Part shown: piece after piece, positions 41,091 through 50,651 of the stretch
Layout: every line of letters begins with the position of its first letter
Numbering within the stretch: the stretch's first letter is position 1
From: Acidimicrobiia bacterium
GTDB taxonomy: Bacteria; Actinomycetota; Acidimicrobiia; IMCC26256; PALSA-610
Direction of reading: 5' to 3'
DNA: 64,000 nt
Assembly: GCA_052148155.1 (NCBI GenBank)
Contig: JBKQIY010000188.1
Span: 26,090-90,089 of the forward strand
The notes under the pieces: generated by a model
Databases searched by the model: none
Seen by the model: the letters and a program-made list of their open reading frames with translations, nothing else
Told to the model about the DNA's origin: nothing
Made by a program: the position numbers and the translations under genes

Positions 41091-41875
41091 CCGATTCGAC
41101 TCCGGCTCCCGACAGCCACGAACTCGACTCGCTTCTCGGCGCGTACGCGCTCGATGCGCTCGACTCGGAGGATCGGGCGCGCGTCGACGCATATCTCGAG
41201 CGCGACGCGACGGCACGCGCCGAAGTCGACGACATGCGCGAGACCGCCGCGTCGCTTGCACTGCTGCCCGACACACCGATGGACGCACCGCCAGAACTCT
41301 GGGCGCGCATCGAGCAGGCGATCGGCGCGCCGACACGGACGGGGCGTCCGGTCCCTGCGGCGGTGACCGACGACCTCGAGGCGCGGCGAGGCAGGCGCAT
41401 CCCCGTGCGCTGGAGCGTGACGATCGGAATCGCCGCCGCGGCGATCGCCATCGTGGTCCTCGCCGCGCAGGTGGCGTCGCTGCACAGTCAGCTCAGCCGT
41501 GCGAACTCGTTCGGGACCAGCGCAACCGCGGCCGCGTTCGACCGGGCCGCGAAGACGCCAGGAGCACGCGAAGTTGGCCTCGAATCGGGCTCGGGCGCCA
41601 CACTGGCCCGGGTTGTGCTCCTGCCCGACGGCAGCGGCTACTTGCGAGGTGACGATCTCACGCCGCTCTCGCCGCGCCAGACGTACCAGCTGTGGGCGTT
41701 GACCGGGAACGCGAAGGCGCCGAACGTCGTGTCGGCCGGTCTGCTCGGTCCGGATCCGTCGGCGGTCAGCTTCCGCGCCAGCGGTCCGGTGCATGGCTTC
41801 GCGGTGACGATCGAGTCAGCCGGGGGAGTCGTGACGTCGCATCACACGCCCATCGCGAGCGCGCAACTTTCGTAG
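41087..41875 (+). CDS. Anti-sigma factor, RskA-like (single-pass membrane)
   Basis: The start overlaps the sigma-gene stop. N-terminal LLGAYALDALDSEDRARVDAYL, one TM helix (IGIAAAAIAIVVLAA), and a C-terminal domain with TYQLWAL as in anti-sigma-K factors. Confidence 0.8.
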   Translation: MTDSTPAPDSHELDSLLGAYALDALDSEDRARVDAYLERDATARAEVDDMRETAASLALLPDTPMDAPPELWARIEQAIGAPTRTGRPVPAAVTDDLEARRGRRIPVRWSVTIGIAAAAIAIVVLAAQVASLHSQLSRANSFGTSATAAAFDRAAKTPGAREVGLESGSGATLARVVLLPDGSGYLRGDDLTPLSPRQTYQLWALTGNAKAPNVVSAGLLGPDPSAVSFRASGPVHGFAVTIESAGGVVTSHHTPIASAQLS

Positions 41876-41910
41876 CGGACCGTCTGGGTCGAACCGCCCG
41901 TCCGACCATA

Positions 41911-43023
41911 ATGAGGGTCGTGGCCTTCGGCGTGTACGTCCATATCCCGTTCTGCGCGACGCGTTGCGACTACTGCGACTTCGCCACCTGGACCGACCGC
42001 GGTCACCTCATCGAAGAGTACGTCGACGCGTGTGTCGCCGACCTTGTTCGCCGCAGCACCGGCGGCTATCCCGCGGCGACGAGTGTGTTCTTCGGCGGCG
42101 GGACACCTTCGCTGCTTGGTGGTGATCAGCTCGTTCGGATCCTCGACGCGATCGTCCGGACCGACGACGCCGAGGTGACGGTGGAGTGCAACCCAGACAG
42201 CGTCGACGCGCCCAAGCTCGCCGCGTACCGCCGAGGTGGGGTGAATCGTCTCAGCTTCGGCGTGCAGTCGATGTCGCCGCAGGTGCTCGCCGCGCTCGGA
42301 CGGACGCATGATCCCGCGAATGTGACCCGCGCGATCGCGCTCGCGCGCGACGCGAGCTTCGAACACGTCAACGTCGATCTGATTTACGGAACGCCGGGCG
42401 AAACCAGCGAAAATTGGCGTGCCACACTCGTTGGTGCGATCGCGCTCGATGTTCCCCACGTCAGCGCGTACGCGCTCACGATCGAACCGGCGACCCCCCT
42501 CGGTCGCCGGATCGCGTTGGGCGCGGCCGCGCCCGACGACGACGTCCAGGCCGACGCCTATCTGCTGACCGATGAGCTGCTGGGCGCGGCCGGACTCGAC
42601 TGGTACGAGGTGTCGAACTGGGCGCGCCCAGGACACGAATGCCGGCACAATCTGCTTTATTGGAGCGAGGGCGACTATCTGGGTATCGGTTGCGCGGCAC
42701 ACGGCCACACCGACGGTCGACGATGGTGGAACGTTCGGACACCCGAGCGGTACATCGCCGCGATTGACGCCAGGACCTCGGCTGAGGCTGGCGCGGAGCG
42801 ACTCGCGCCGGTGTCCCGGGCCGAGGAGGCCTGCGCGCTGGCGCTGCGTACCCGCTTCGGTGCGCCGGTCGCCCGCGAGGCTGCGAGCGTGGTCGAGGAA
42901 CTCGCCGCCGCCGGATTCGTGCGCCAGGTCGAGAATCGGGTCGTGCTCACCCCTCAGGGTCGGTTGCTTGCGTCCGATGTGACTGCTCGACTCCTGCTCG
43001 CGGGGGCGGTTGGCACTCGGTAA
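41911..43023 (+). CDS. hemW: Radical SAM heme chaperone HemW (HemN-like)
   Basis: YVHIPFCATRCDYCDF (CxxxCxxC) and GGGTPS. ATG at 41911. The track start at 41692 overlaps the anti-sigma gene. Confidence 0.9.
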   Translation: MRVVAFGVYVHIPFCATRCDYCDFATWTDRGHLIEEYVDACVADLVRRSTGGYPAATSVFFGGGTPSLLGGDQLVRILDAIVRTDDAEVTVECNPDSVDAPKLAAYRRGGVNRLSFGVQSMSPQVLAALGRTHDPANVTRAIALARDASFEHVNVDLIYGTPGETSENWRATLVGAIALDVPHVSAYALTIEPATPLGRRIALGAAAPDDDVQADAYLLTDELLGAAGLDWYEVSNWARPGHECRHNLLYWSEGDYLGIGCAAHGHTDGRRWWNVRTPERYIAAIDARTSAEAGAERLAPVSRAEEACALALRTRFGAPVAREAASVVEELAAAGFVRQVENRVVLTPQGRLLASDVTARLLLAGAVGTR

Positions 43024-43036
43024 CATCGAGTGCCAA
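43010..43036 (+). promoter_or_regulatory. CIRCE operator (HrcA binding site)
   Basis: TTGGCACTC-ggtaacatc-GAGTGCCAA is a perfect 9-bp inverted repeat with a 9-nt spacer. The consensus is TTAGCACTC-N9-GAGTGCTAA. It lies 52 nt upstream of the hrcA ATG and overlaps the hemW stop. Confidence 0.9.
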
Positions 43037-43087
43037 CGGGGATAGGTGCATGGCTCCTCGTGGCGGCAACCTGTCAGGACCCTACGA

Positions 43088-44107
43088 ATGACCGAGCTGG
43101 ACGAGCGCAAGGCCGCGATCCTGCGTGCGATCGTCGAGCACTACGTCGACAGCGCGCAACCGGTCGGTTCGCAGACCGTCACCCAGACCGCGGGTCTGGG
43201 CGTCTCCGCGGCGACGGTCCGCAACGAAATGTCGGTGCTCGAACGAGACGGTTTCATCGCCCAGCCCCACACCTCCGCGGGCCGGGTACCGACCGACTCG
43301 GGCTACCGCTACTACGTCGACCATCTTGCGGGCGCCGGCGCACTCGCCCCGGCCGAACGGCGCCGCATCGCCGATTTTTTCACGACCGCGACCATGGCGT
43401 TGGACGATCTGTTGCACGAGACCAGCCAGCTGTTGGCTCGGGTGACCGCACACGCGGCGGTTGTGGTCGGCCCCCAGGCGGAGTCGGTGCACGTACGCAG
43501 CGTGCACCTCGCGCTGCTCCAGCCGCGCTTGCTGCTCGCAGTCGTCGTGATGTCCAACGGCGCGGTCGAAAAGGAAACGGTCGTGCTCGACGCCGAAGCC
43601 GACTCCGACGACGCCGGCATCGCGAGCGCTCGGCTCGCCGCCCATCTCGCCGGCCGCCGTCTCGCCGAACTTGCGACCATGAGGTATTCCGGCACCTCGG
43701 ACGATCGTGCCGACGGGCTGGCCCGCGCCTCGTGTGACGCGCTGGCCGCGTACGTCCGGGTCCATCACGACGAGCCGCTGTACGTTGGTGGCGCAAGCCG
43801 ACTCGCGGCTGAACAAGAAGCGTTCGCAAGCACGAGCGCGTCAGGGCTGCTCGAGCTGCTCGAACAGCACGTCGTGTTAGGCGCCCTGTTGCGAGAGCTT
43901 CTCGGCCCCGGTCTGACAGTACGCATCGGCGCAGAGAACGAACTCGCCGACCTACGAGAGTGTTCGCTCGTGCTCGCGCCCTATCTGGTAGAGGGAGAGC
44001 CGATCGGAACGGTTGGGGTGCTAGGCCCGACACGCATGGACTATCGCAAGGCTCAAGCTGCGGTGTCGACGGTGTCGCGCCAGCTCGGACAGCAGCTGTC
44101 CCGTTGA
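43088..44107 (+). CDS. hrcA: Heat-inducible transcription repressor HrcA
   Basis: MTELDERKAAILRAIVEHYVDSAQPVGSQTV...TVRNEMSVLERDGFIAQPHTSAGRVPTDSGYRYYVD is canonical HrcA. Confidence 0.95.
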   Translation: MTELDERKAAILRAIVEHYVDSAQPVGSQTVTQTAGLGVSAATVRNEMSVLERDGFIAQPHTSAGRVPTDSGYRYYVDHLAGAGALAPAERRRIADFFTTATMALDDLLHETSQLLARVTAHAAVVVGPQAESVHVRSVHLALLQPRLLLAVVVMSNGAVEKETVVLDAEADSDDAGIASARLAAHLAGRRLAELATMRYSGTSDDRADGLARASCDALAAYVRVHHDEPLYVGGASRLAAEQEAFASTSASGLLELLEQHVVLGALLRELLGPGLTVRIGAENELADLRECSLVLAPYLVEGEPIGTVGVLGPTRMDYRKAQAAVSTVSRQLGQQLSR

Positions 44108-44123
44108 TGCTGGTGCGACGCTG

Positions 44124-45236
44124 ATGGCACAAGACGTCTACGAACTGCTCGGTGTCTCACCGCAGGCGACCGACGACGAGATCAAGCGGGCATACCGTCG
44201 GCTCGCACGCGAATGCCATCCCGACGCAAACCCCGACGATCCGGACGCCGCCGAACGGTTCAAGCAGATCAACGCCGCCTACGAGCTGGTGCGCGACCCC
44301 GAACGACGGCGCAAATACGACATGTTCGGTCCGGATTCGGCGGGCTCGGCCGGCAGTCCGTTCGCGTCGGGTCAGTTCGGGCTCAACGACCTGTTCGACG
44401 CCTTCTTCAGCGGCGACGTCTTCGGTCAGCGTGGTCCGGCCGGCGCGCGGCGCGGCCCCGACGCCGAAACGCTGATGGAACTGACGCTTGCCGAGGTCGT
44501 GACCGGCGCGCGGCGCACGGTTGAGATGCGCATGCCGATCGAATGTGACACGTGCGGCGGCGAAGGTGGAACGCCGGGAACCCATCCCACGCGCTGCGCG
44601 ACGTGCGACGGTGCCGGCGAAGTCCGACAGGTGCGGCGCTCGCTGCTGGGACAGATCGTGACCGCGGGGCCGTGCCCGACGTGCGGCGGGATCGGCACCA
44701 CGATCGAACATCCGTGCGCGACATGCCGTGGCGACGGCCGGGTCGCCGGAACCCGCTCCATCGAGGTAGAGGTTCCGGCCGGTATCGAAGACGGCCAACG
44801 TTTGCGGCTCGCGGGTCGGGGTCCGGCGGCGCCGCGCGGCGGCACGGCCGGCGACCTGTTCGTCGCGATTCATGTCGCGCCCAGCGGTGCGTTCGACCGT
44901 CGGGGCGACGATTTGTGGTACCGGCTGGCGGTTTCGATCGTGCAGGCCGCCCTCGGCGCGACGGTCGAGTTCGAGACGCTCGACGGGACACGGCAACTTG
45001 AGGTGCAATCGGGAACGCAACCCGGAGCGCGGCTTCGCCTGGCCGGGCTTGGTGTTCCGTCGCTACGCAATGGTCGGCGGGGCGACTTGGTCGTCGAGAT
45101 CGACGTGCAGGTGCCGACCAACCTCACACCAGACCAGGCCGAGTTGCTGGTCCAGCTTGCACAACTCCGAGGCGAGCAAGTCACCGCGCCCCACGAAGGG
45201 CTGTTCTCTCGCATCCGGTCGGCTTTCCGATCGTGA
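44124..45236 (+). CDS. dnaJ: Molecular chaperone DnaJ
   Basis: J domain with HPD (ECHPDANPDD), a G/F region, and four CxxCxGxG zinc motifs (CDTCGGEG, CATCDGAG, CPTCGGIG, CATCRGDG). Confidence 0.95.
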   Translation: MAQDVYELLGVSPQATDDEIKRAYRRLARECHPDANPDDPDAAERFKQINAAYELVRDPERRRKYDMFGPDSAGSAGSPFASGQFGLNDLFDAFFSGDVFGQRGPAGARRGPDAETLMELTLAEVVTGARRTVEMRMPIECDTCGGEGGTPGTHPTRCATCDGAGEVRQVRRSLLGQIVTAGPCPTCGGIGTTIEHPCATCRGDGRVAGTRSIEVEVPAGIEDGQRLRLAGRGPAAPRGGTAGDLFVAIHVAPSGAFDRRGDDLWYRLAVSIVQAALGATVEFETLDGTRQLEVQSGTQPGARLRLAGLGVPSLRNGRRGDLVVEIDVQVPTNLTPDQAELLVQLAQLRGEQVTAPHEGLFSRIRSAFRS

Positions 45237-46018
45237 CCCGACCGGCTCGCGACGCCGACGGCGCGAGCATGTGGGCAGCAAGTGAGGACGCGGCGGCTCA
45301 CGCCTTCGTCGACTCGCTCGGCGACACCGTCGAGATCTTCGGAGCCGACGGCCATCATCTACAGCGGGTGCGCCGGCTTCGGGTCGGAGAGCACATGACG
45401 GTGGCCGACGGTCATGGAGCGTGGCGTCGATACGACATCGAGTCGATCGCGTCAGGTCGGCTCGGCCTCGGCGCGCGCAGCGACCGTTTCCTCGAGCCCC
45501 AGATCGTTCCCCGCGTCGCGCTCGCGCTGGCACTCACGAAAGGCGCCACCCTCGACAACGTGGTCGCGCGCTGCACGGAGCTCGGTGTCGCCCGGGTGAT
45601 CCCGGTGCGGACCCGGCGCTGCGTCGTGCGTTGGACTGCCGCGCAGGCCGAACATGCCGTTGAGCGGTTGCGGTTCACAGCCCGGCAAGCCGCCGCGCAG
45701 TCGCGTCGGGCCCGCATCCCCGAGATCTCGCCGATCGCCGATCTCGCGTCGATCTCCAACCAACCCGGCGTCGTTGTGGCCGACCCCCGCGGCGTATCTG
45801 TGAGCACGTTGCCACCCCCCGCGCGAGGCGAGACGCCGAGCGACGAGTGGATCGTGGTCGTCGGACCCGAGGGTGGGCTTGACCCGGCGGAGCTCGAATC
45901 GATGCCGCGAGCTGCCCGAATTTGCCTCGGTCCACACATTCTCAGAGCCGAAACAGCACCGATCGCCGCCGCGGTTTTGCTGCTCGATCGAGCGCGCGAG
46001 ATGTGCCGAGAGTGGTAG
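45233..46018 (+). CDS. rsmE: 16S rRNA (uracil1498-N3)-methyltransferase
   Basis: RsmE-type SPOUT fold (GDTVEIFGADGHHLQRVRRLRVGE, VVGPEGGLDPAELE, LGPHILRAETA). Its start overlaps the dnaJ stop. Confidence 0.88.
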   Translation: MTRPARDADGASMWAASEDAAAHAFVDSLGDTVEIFGADGHHLQRVRRLRVGEHMTVADGHGAWRRYDIESIASGRLGLGARSDRFLEPQIVPRVALALALTKGATLDNVVARCTELGVARVIPVRTRRCVVRWTAAQAEHAVERLRFTARQAAAQSRRARIPEISPIADLASISNQPGVVVADPRGVSVSTLPPPARGETPSDEWIVVVGPEGGLDPAELESMPRAARICLGPHILRAETAPIAAAVLLLDRAREMCREW

Positions 46019-46228
46019 CTGTGAAGAATGTCCGTCTTGCGTGGCTCGTGTTGAAAGCGCGGGGAAGCATGACTTTCACGGAGCGTGCTGGTACGATCGT
46101 GCCGGTTGCACGGCCGGTGCCACGATTCTTCGGGGCCCTGTGGATCAACCAGTGAGTGAACGCACGGACAACGTGACCTCAACACCGCATCACAGGAACC
46201 TAACAGTCGGGCGAGGGGGCTGAGCAGG

Positions 46229-46723
46229 TTGGCGACGACGGGAGCACGCGTCGGCGAGCGCCTCCGGGCGATCCGACGTCAGAAAGGTTTGTCACTCCAC
46301 GACGTCGAGGCGCGCTCGACGCTCGAGTTCAAGGCTTCCGTGTTGGGTGCCTACGAGCGGGGTGAGCGGGCGATCTCCGTCCCCCGGCTGCTGCGGCTGG
46401 CCGAGATCTACGAAGTGCCCGCGGATCAGCTCCTGCCGCGCGAGTTCGAAGGCGAGATCAGCCTCGTTGACGGCACTTCGAGCACGATCGACCAGGCGAA
46501 CGGGTTCGCGATCGACCTGGTGCGCTTGCACGACGTCGACGATCCCGACGCACAGATGCTGTCCCGCTTCGCGTCATCGATCCAGCTCGAGCGGCAGGAC
46601 TTCAACGGCCGCATGCTCACCATCCGTCGTTCGGATCTGCGGGTCCTCGCGGCGCTGATGGGCCGCAGTCTTGAGGATCTCGGCAGCCGGCTTGAGCAAC
46701 TGGGGCTCCGAGCGTCAGCCTGA
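46229..46723 (+). CDS. XRE-family helix-turn-helix transcriptional regulator
   Basis: [54 protein letters not shown], followed by a roughly 90-aa C-terminal domain. TTG start. Confidence 0.8.
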   Translation: MATTGARVGERLRAIRRQKGLSLHDVEARSTLEFKASVLGAYERGERAISVPRLLRLAEIYEVPADQLLPREFEGEISLVDGTSSTIDQANGFAIDLVRLHDVDDPDAQMLSRFASSIQLERQDFNGRMLTIRRSDLRVLAALMGRSLEDLGSRLEQLGLRASA

Positions 46724-46759
46724 GTCGCTGCGCTTCCAGACAGCTACGCTGTTCTGACC

Positions 46760-47746
46760 TTGGTAGCGCCGCGCACGACCAGCTCGCCCCCGACCATCCA
46801 GGTCAAGATCCTGGTCCCGGGCAACCACCTGATGGTGGGCCTGCTCGGCCAACGCGACGAGCTGTTGCGCATGATCGAGGCGGCCTTTCCGGTGCGTATC
46901 CTCGTGCGGGGCAACGAGATCACCGTCACCGGCGACGCGCCCGACGCGGAACGGGTCGGGCGGCTCTTCGAAGAACTCGTGGTGCTGCTCGAACAGGGTC
47001 ACGACCTCGACTCCGACGGCCTGGGCCGATCGATCGAGATGCTAAAAGCCGACCAACGTCCCAGCGAGGTGCTCACCACCGAGGTCGTCCGGGGCCGCAA
47101 GAGCATCCGACCGAAGACGTCCGGACAGAAACGCTACGTCGACGCGGTACGCGATCACACCGTGACGTTCGCGATCGGACCCGCCGGAACCGGCAAGAGC
47201 TACCTCGCGGTCGCGCTCGCGGTGCAGGCCCTACAGGCAAAGTCCGTCAACCGGATCATCCTCACTCGTCCCGCGGTCGAGGCAGGAGAGCGGCTGGGCT
47301 TCTTGCCGGGCGACATGCTCGCCAAGGTCGATCCGTACCTGCGTCCGCTCTACGACGCGCTCTACGACATGCTCGAGCCCGACGTCGTCGCCCGTCTGAT
47401 GGAACGGGGCACGATCGAGGTCGCGCCGCTCGCGTACATGCGCGGGCGGACACTGAACGACTCGTTCATCATTTTGGACGAGGCGCAGAACACGACACCG
47501 GAGCAGATGAAAATGTTCCTGACGCGCCTCGGCTTCGGTTCCAAAGCCGTCGTCACCGGCGACGTCACCCAGATCGACCTTCCCGACGGCCAACACCGTT
47601 CCGGGCTGCTGCTCGTACGCGATGTGCTGCACGACATCGACGGCCTGGTATTCGTGGAGCTCGGCTCGAGCGACGTCGTGCGCCATCGGATCGTGCAAGA
47701 CATCGTCGACGCGTACGGCCGCCACGAGGGCGGACGCGAAACGTGA
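46760..47746 (+). CDS. phoH: PhoH-family ATPase
   Basis: Walker [35 protein letters not shown] and [11 protein letters not shown]. Confidence 0.93.
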   Translation: MVAPRTTSSPPTIQVKILVPGNHLMVGLLGQRDELLRMIEAAFPVRILVRGNEITVTGDAPDAERVGRLFEELVVLLEQGHDLDSDGLGRSIEMLKADQRPSEVLTTEVVRGRKSIRPKTSGQKRYVDAVRDHTVTFAIGPAGTGKSYLAVALAVQALQAKSVNRIILTRPAVEAGERLGFLPGDMLAKVDPYLRPLYDALYDMLEPDVVARLMERGTIEVAPLAYMRGRTLNDSFIILDEAQNTTPEQMKMFLTRLGFGSKAVVTGDVTQIDLPDGQHRSGLLLVRDVLHDIDGLVFVELGSSDVVRHRIVQDIVDAYGRHEGGRET

Positions 47747-48276
47747 GCCTCGAGATCCCGACAGTGTTCGGCGCCGACGAGCAACGCGACATCGCGGTCG
47801 ATGTCCCGCGTTGGGTTCGTCTCGCCCAGCTCGTCCTCGACGAGGAACGGGTGATCGAGCGTCTCGGGCCCGACACCGAAATGTCGTTACTGTTCGTCGA
47901 CCCGACCACGATCGGTGAGCTCAACGAGCGGTTTCTCGGATCGAGCGGCCCCACCGATGTGCTCGCATTCCCGATCGACGACGAGCTCCCACCGTCGGGC
48001 CGCCAACCCGACCAGGGCGGTCGGGGCCCGGGAACCACAAGCGATCCGAGCGATCCCCCGGCACTGTTGGGTGACGTGGTCGTATGCCCGGCCGTGGCGA
48101 GCAGCCAAGCGGCGGAGCGCGGCGTCAGCCCGGAGGACGAGTTGGCGCTCCTGGTCGTCCATGGTGTGCTGCACTTGCTCGACTACGACCACGCCGAACC
48201 GGATGAAGGTGTCGTGATGCGTCGGCGCGAGCAGGAACTTCTGGCCCGCTTCCGCGAGCTGGAGCAAAGATCCTGA
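47743..48276 (+). CDS. ybeY: rRNA maturation endoribonuclease YbeY
   Basis: Metal site [11 protein letters not shown]. Its start overlaps the phoH stop. Confidence 0.92.
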   Translation: MSLEIPTVFGADEQRDIAVDVPRWVRLAQLVLDEERVIERLGPDTEMSLLFVDPTTIGELNERFLGSSGPTDVLAFPIDDELPPSGRQPDQGGRGPGTTSDPSDPPALLGDVVVCPAVASSQAAERGVSPEDELALLVVHGVLHLLDYDHAEPDEGVVMRRREQELLARFRELEQRS

Positions 48277-48283
48277 GGCCTCT

Positions 48284-49615
48284 GTGAACGGTCATGCCGT
48301 TGCCATCGCGGTGATCGCGGTGCTGTTCGCGCTCTCGGCGGTGCTCGCATTGTCGGAAACCGCGTTCGTGCGCGCCAGTCGTATCCGGCTCCTCAACCTC
48401 GCCGACGAGGGCGACAAGCGCGCCGAACGCGTGCTCCGCATGCTCGAACATCCAGAGCAGACACTGAACAGTGTCCTGCTCGTGTTGCTGGCCAGCCAGA
48501 TGATCTCAGCAACGTTGCTCGGCACGGTCCTCGAGCCAACGTTCGGTAGTGCCGGGGTCGCGGCAGGCATGGTCATCGAGATCATCGTGGTCTTCACGTT
48601 CGCGGAGGTCGCGCCCAAGACCTTCGCGGTGCAACACGCCGAGCGAGCGGTGATGCGCGTGTCGCCACTGCTGGCGTTCCTCACGCGGTTCGGACCGTTG
48701 CGTGTGCTCACTCGCGGCTTCATCGGCCTCGCCAACGTCGTGATTCCGGGAAAGGGATTACGCGGTGGACCGTTCGTCACCGAAGAAGAGATCCTCACGA
48801 TGGCGGACGTCGCGGCGCAAGAGGCGTCGATCGAAACGGAGGAGCGTGAGCTCATCCATTCGATCTTCGAGTTCGGTGACACCGTCGTGCGCGAGGTGAT
48901 GGTGCCACGGCCCGACATGGTGGCCGTCTCCGCCGACGCCACGGTCGACGAGGCGATCCGGATCGCCATCTCGGCCGGGAAGTCGCGCCTTCCGTCGTAC
49001 AACGAAACGACCGACGACATCGTCGGTTTGGTCTTCCTGAAAGACCTCGTCACGCGCAGCGGAAGCGGCGAAGGCAACGAGTCGGTGCGCCAGATGTTAC
49101 GACCCGCGCACTTCGTGCCAGAGTCGAAACGCGTCGCCGAGCTGCTGCGCGAGATGCAGACCGAGAAATTCCACATGGCGATCGTCTTAGACGAACACGG
49201 CGGTACTGCCGGCCTCGTCACGATGGAGGACCTGCTCGAAGAGATCGTCGGCGAGATCACCGACGAATATGACGTCGACGAACCGCAGATCGAACGTCTC
49301 GCGGGCGGAGCGTTACGGGTCCCGGGCCGCACGCCGATCGACGAAGTGAACGAGCTGCTCGACGCCGAGCTCCCACAAGAAGAGTGGGACACCGTCGGCG
49401 GGCTGGTCTTCGACGCGCTCGGTCATGTGCCCGTCGAGGGTGAGTGCGCCCACCTCAACGGTCTCGAATTTTGCGCAGAACGGATACAAGGGCGCCGGAT
49501 CGTGTCGGTCCGCATCACGCGGGTCGCGGAGCGGGTACGCCCCCAAGCAGCGCCCGGCCCCGCCGCGACGGCCCCGACCACGGACGCGCCCACGGTCGCC
49601 GAACGGCGCGAGTGA
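48284..49615 (+). CDS. Hemolysin-family (DUF21-CBS-CorC_HlyC) membrane protein
   Basis: N-terminal four-TM DUF21 domain, a CBS pair (VREVMVPRPDMVAV...) and a C-terminal transporter-associated domain. It sits in the conserved phoH-ybeY-CBS-era order. Confidence 0.9.
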   Translation: MNGHAVAIAVIAVLFALSAVLALSETAFVRASRIRLLNLADEGDKRAERVLRMLEHPEQTLNSVLLVLLASQMISATLLGTVLEPTFGSAGVAAGMVIEIIVVFTFAEVAPKTFAVQHAERAVMRVSPLLAFLTRFGPLRVLTRGFIGLANVVIPGKGLRGGPFVTEEEILTMADVAAQEASIETEERELIHSIFEFGDTVVREVMVPRPDMVAVSADATVDEAIRIAISAGKSRLPSYNETTDDIVGLVFLKDLVTRSGSGEGNESVRQMLRPAHFVPESKRVAELLREMQTEKFHMAIVLDEHGGTAGLVTMEDLLEEIVGEITDEYDVDEPQIERLAGGALRVPGRTPIDEVNELLDAELPQEEWDTVGGLVFDALGHVPVEGECAHLNGLEFCAERIQGRRIVSVRITRVAERVRPQAAPGPAATAPTTDAPTVAERRE

Positions 49616-50514
49616 CCGATCAAACGTTTCGGTCGGGCTTCGTGTCGATCGTGGGTCGGCCCAACGTCGGAAAATCGACGCTCGTAAACCAGATCGTCGG
49701 CCGCAAAGTGTCGATCGTGTCGAGCCGTCCCCAGACCACACGCACACAGGTTCGCGGAGTTCGCACCACCGACCGCACGCAGATCGTGTTCCTCGACACG
49801 CCAGGCATACACAAGCCGCGCACGCTGTTGGGCGAGCGCACCAACAGCCGTGCCGTTGCCACCCTCGACGAGGTCGACGTCGTCTGCTTGCTCATCGACG
49901 CGACCGCGCCGATCGGGCGCGGAGACCGCTTCGTCGCCGATCTGGTCGCCCAGGTCCGGACTCCGACCGTGCTCGTCGTCAACAAGGTCGACGGGGCCAG
50001 CGACCGACACATCATCGAGCACCTCGCGCGGGCGTCCGCGGAGTTGGGCGACATCGCGGCCTTCGTACCGTTGTCGGCCCGTTCGGGCGAGGGCGTCGAG
50101 GCATTGCTCGGCGAGCTCGAGGCGCGGCTTCCTCCCGGGCCGCACTACTACCCGGACGGGGTCGTCAGCGATCAGCCTGAAGCGGTGCTGGCCGCCGAGC
50201 TGCTGCGCGAAAAGTTGCTCGCGGCCACGCACGACGAGCTGCCGCATTCGATCGCGGTCACGACCGAAGAGATCGAGGAACGCACAACCAAGGATGGACC
50301 GCTCCTGGCGTTGCGCCTGGTCATACGCGTCGAACGCGACTCGCAGAAGGGAATCGTGATCGGTCGGGGCGCCGCGCTGCTCCGACAGGCCGGAACCGAC
50401 GCCCGCCGGGAGCTCGAAGCGCTGCTTGGCGTGCGCATACACCTCGAAACCCACGTCCGGGTGGATCGCGACTGGCAACGCCGTCCCTCGTCGCTGGATC
50501 GCCTCGGACTCTAA
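49612..50514 (+). CDS. era: GTPase Era
   Basis: GTG 49612 overlaps the upstream stop (GTGA). FRSGFVSIVGRPNVGKSTLVN, DTPG and NKVD, plus a C-terminal KH domain. The track start at 49444 is an extension. Confidence 0.94.
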   Translation: MTDQTFRSGFVSIVGRPNVGKSTLVNQIVGRKVSIVSSRPQTTRTQVRGVRTTDRTQIVFLDTPGIHKPRTLLGERTNSRAVATLDEVDVVCLLIDATAPIGRGDRFVADLVAQVRTPTVLVVNKVDGASDRHIIEHLARASAELGDIAAFVPLSARSGEGVEALLGELEARLPPGPHYYPDGVVSDQPEAVLAAELLREKLLAATHDELPHSIAVTTEEIEERTTKDGPLLALRLVIRVERDSQKGIVIGRGAALLRQAGTDARRELEALLGVRIHLETHVRVDRDWQRRPSSLDRLGL

Positions 50515-50651
50515 CCGACCGAGCTCGCCTGCGCGTCCGGTGTCGCCCACCTCGACGCTCGAAATCACAGAGTTGCGATCCGGCGAATCGGCCGTTGTAG
50601 AGTCGCCGCGGCTCGGCTCTCCCCACGATCCTGTCTCCGCGAGGACGGTAG

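Noticed and set aside
40344-41336. 330-aa minus-strand ORF, and 40085..40921 and 40885..41451 on the same strand
   Set aside because: These are antisense to the ECF sigma and anti-sigma genes, which have clear family motifs. Their translations are Arg-rich shadow sequence.
41842-43110. 422-aa minus-strand ORF
   Set aside because: It is antisense to hemW, which has the radical-SAM CxxxCxxC motif and a full-length match in the plus frame.
46019-46228. Lower-GC intergenic region before the XRE regulator gene as a possible sRNA or promoter (ATGACT-17 nt-TACGAT)
   Set aside because: It is only a weak sigma-70-like match, with no convincing terminator or conserved RNA structure. I did not call it as a feature.
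49423-50568. 381-aa minus-strand ORF, and 49425..50180 on the plus strand
   Set aside because: These are antisense or off-frame relative to era, which has G1-G4 motifs in the called frame.
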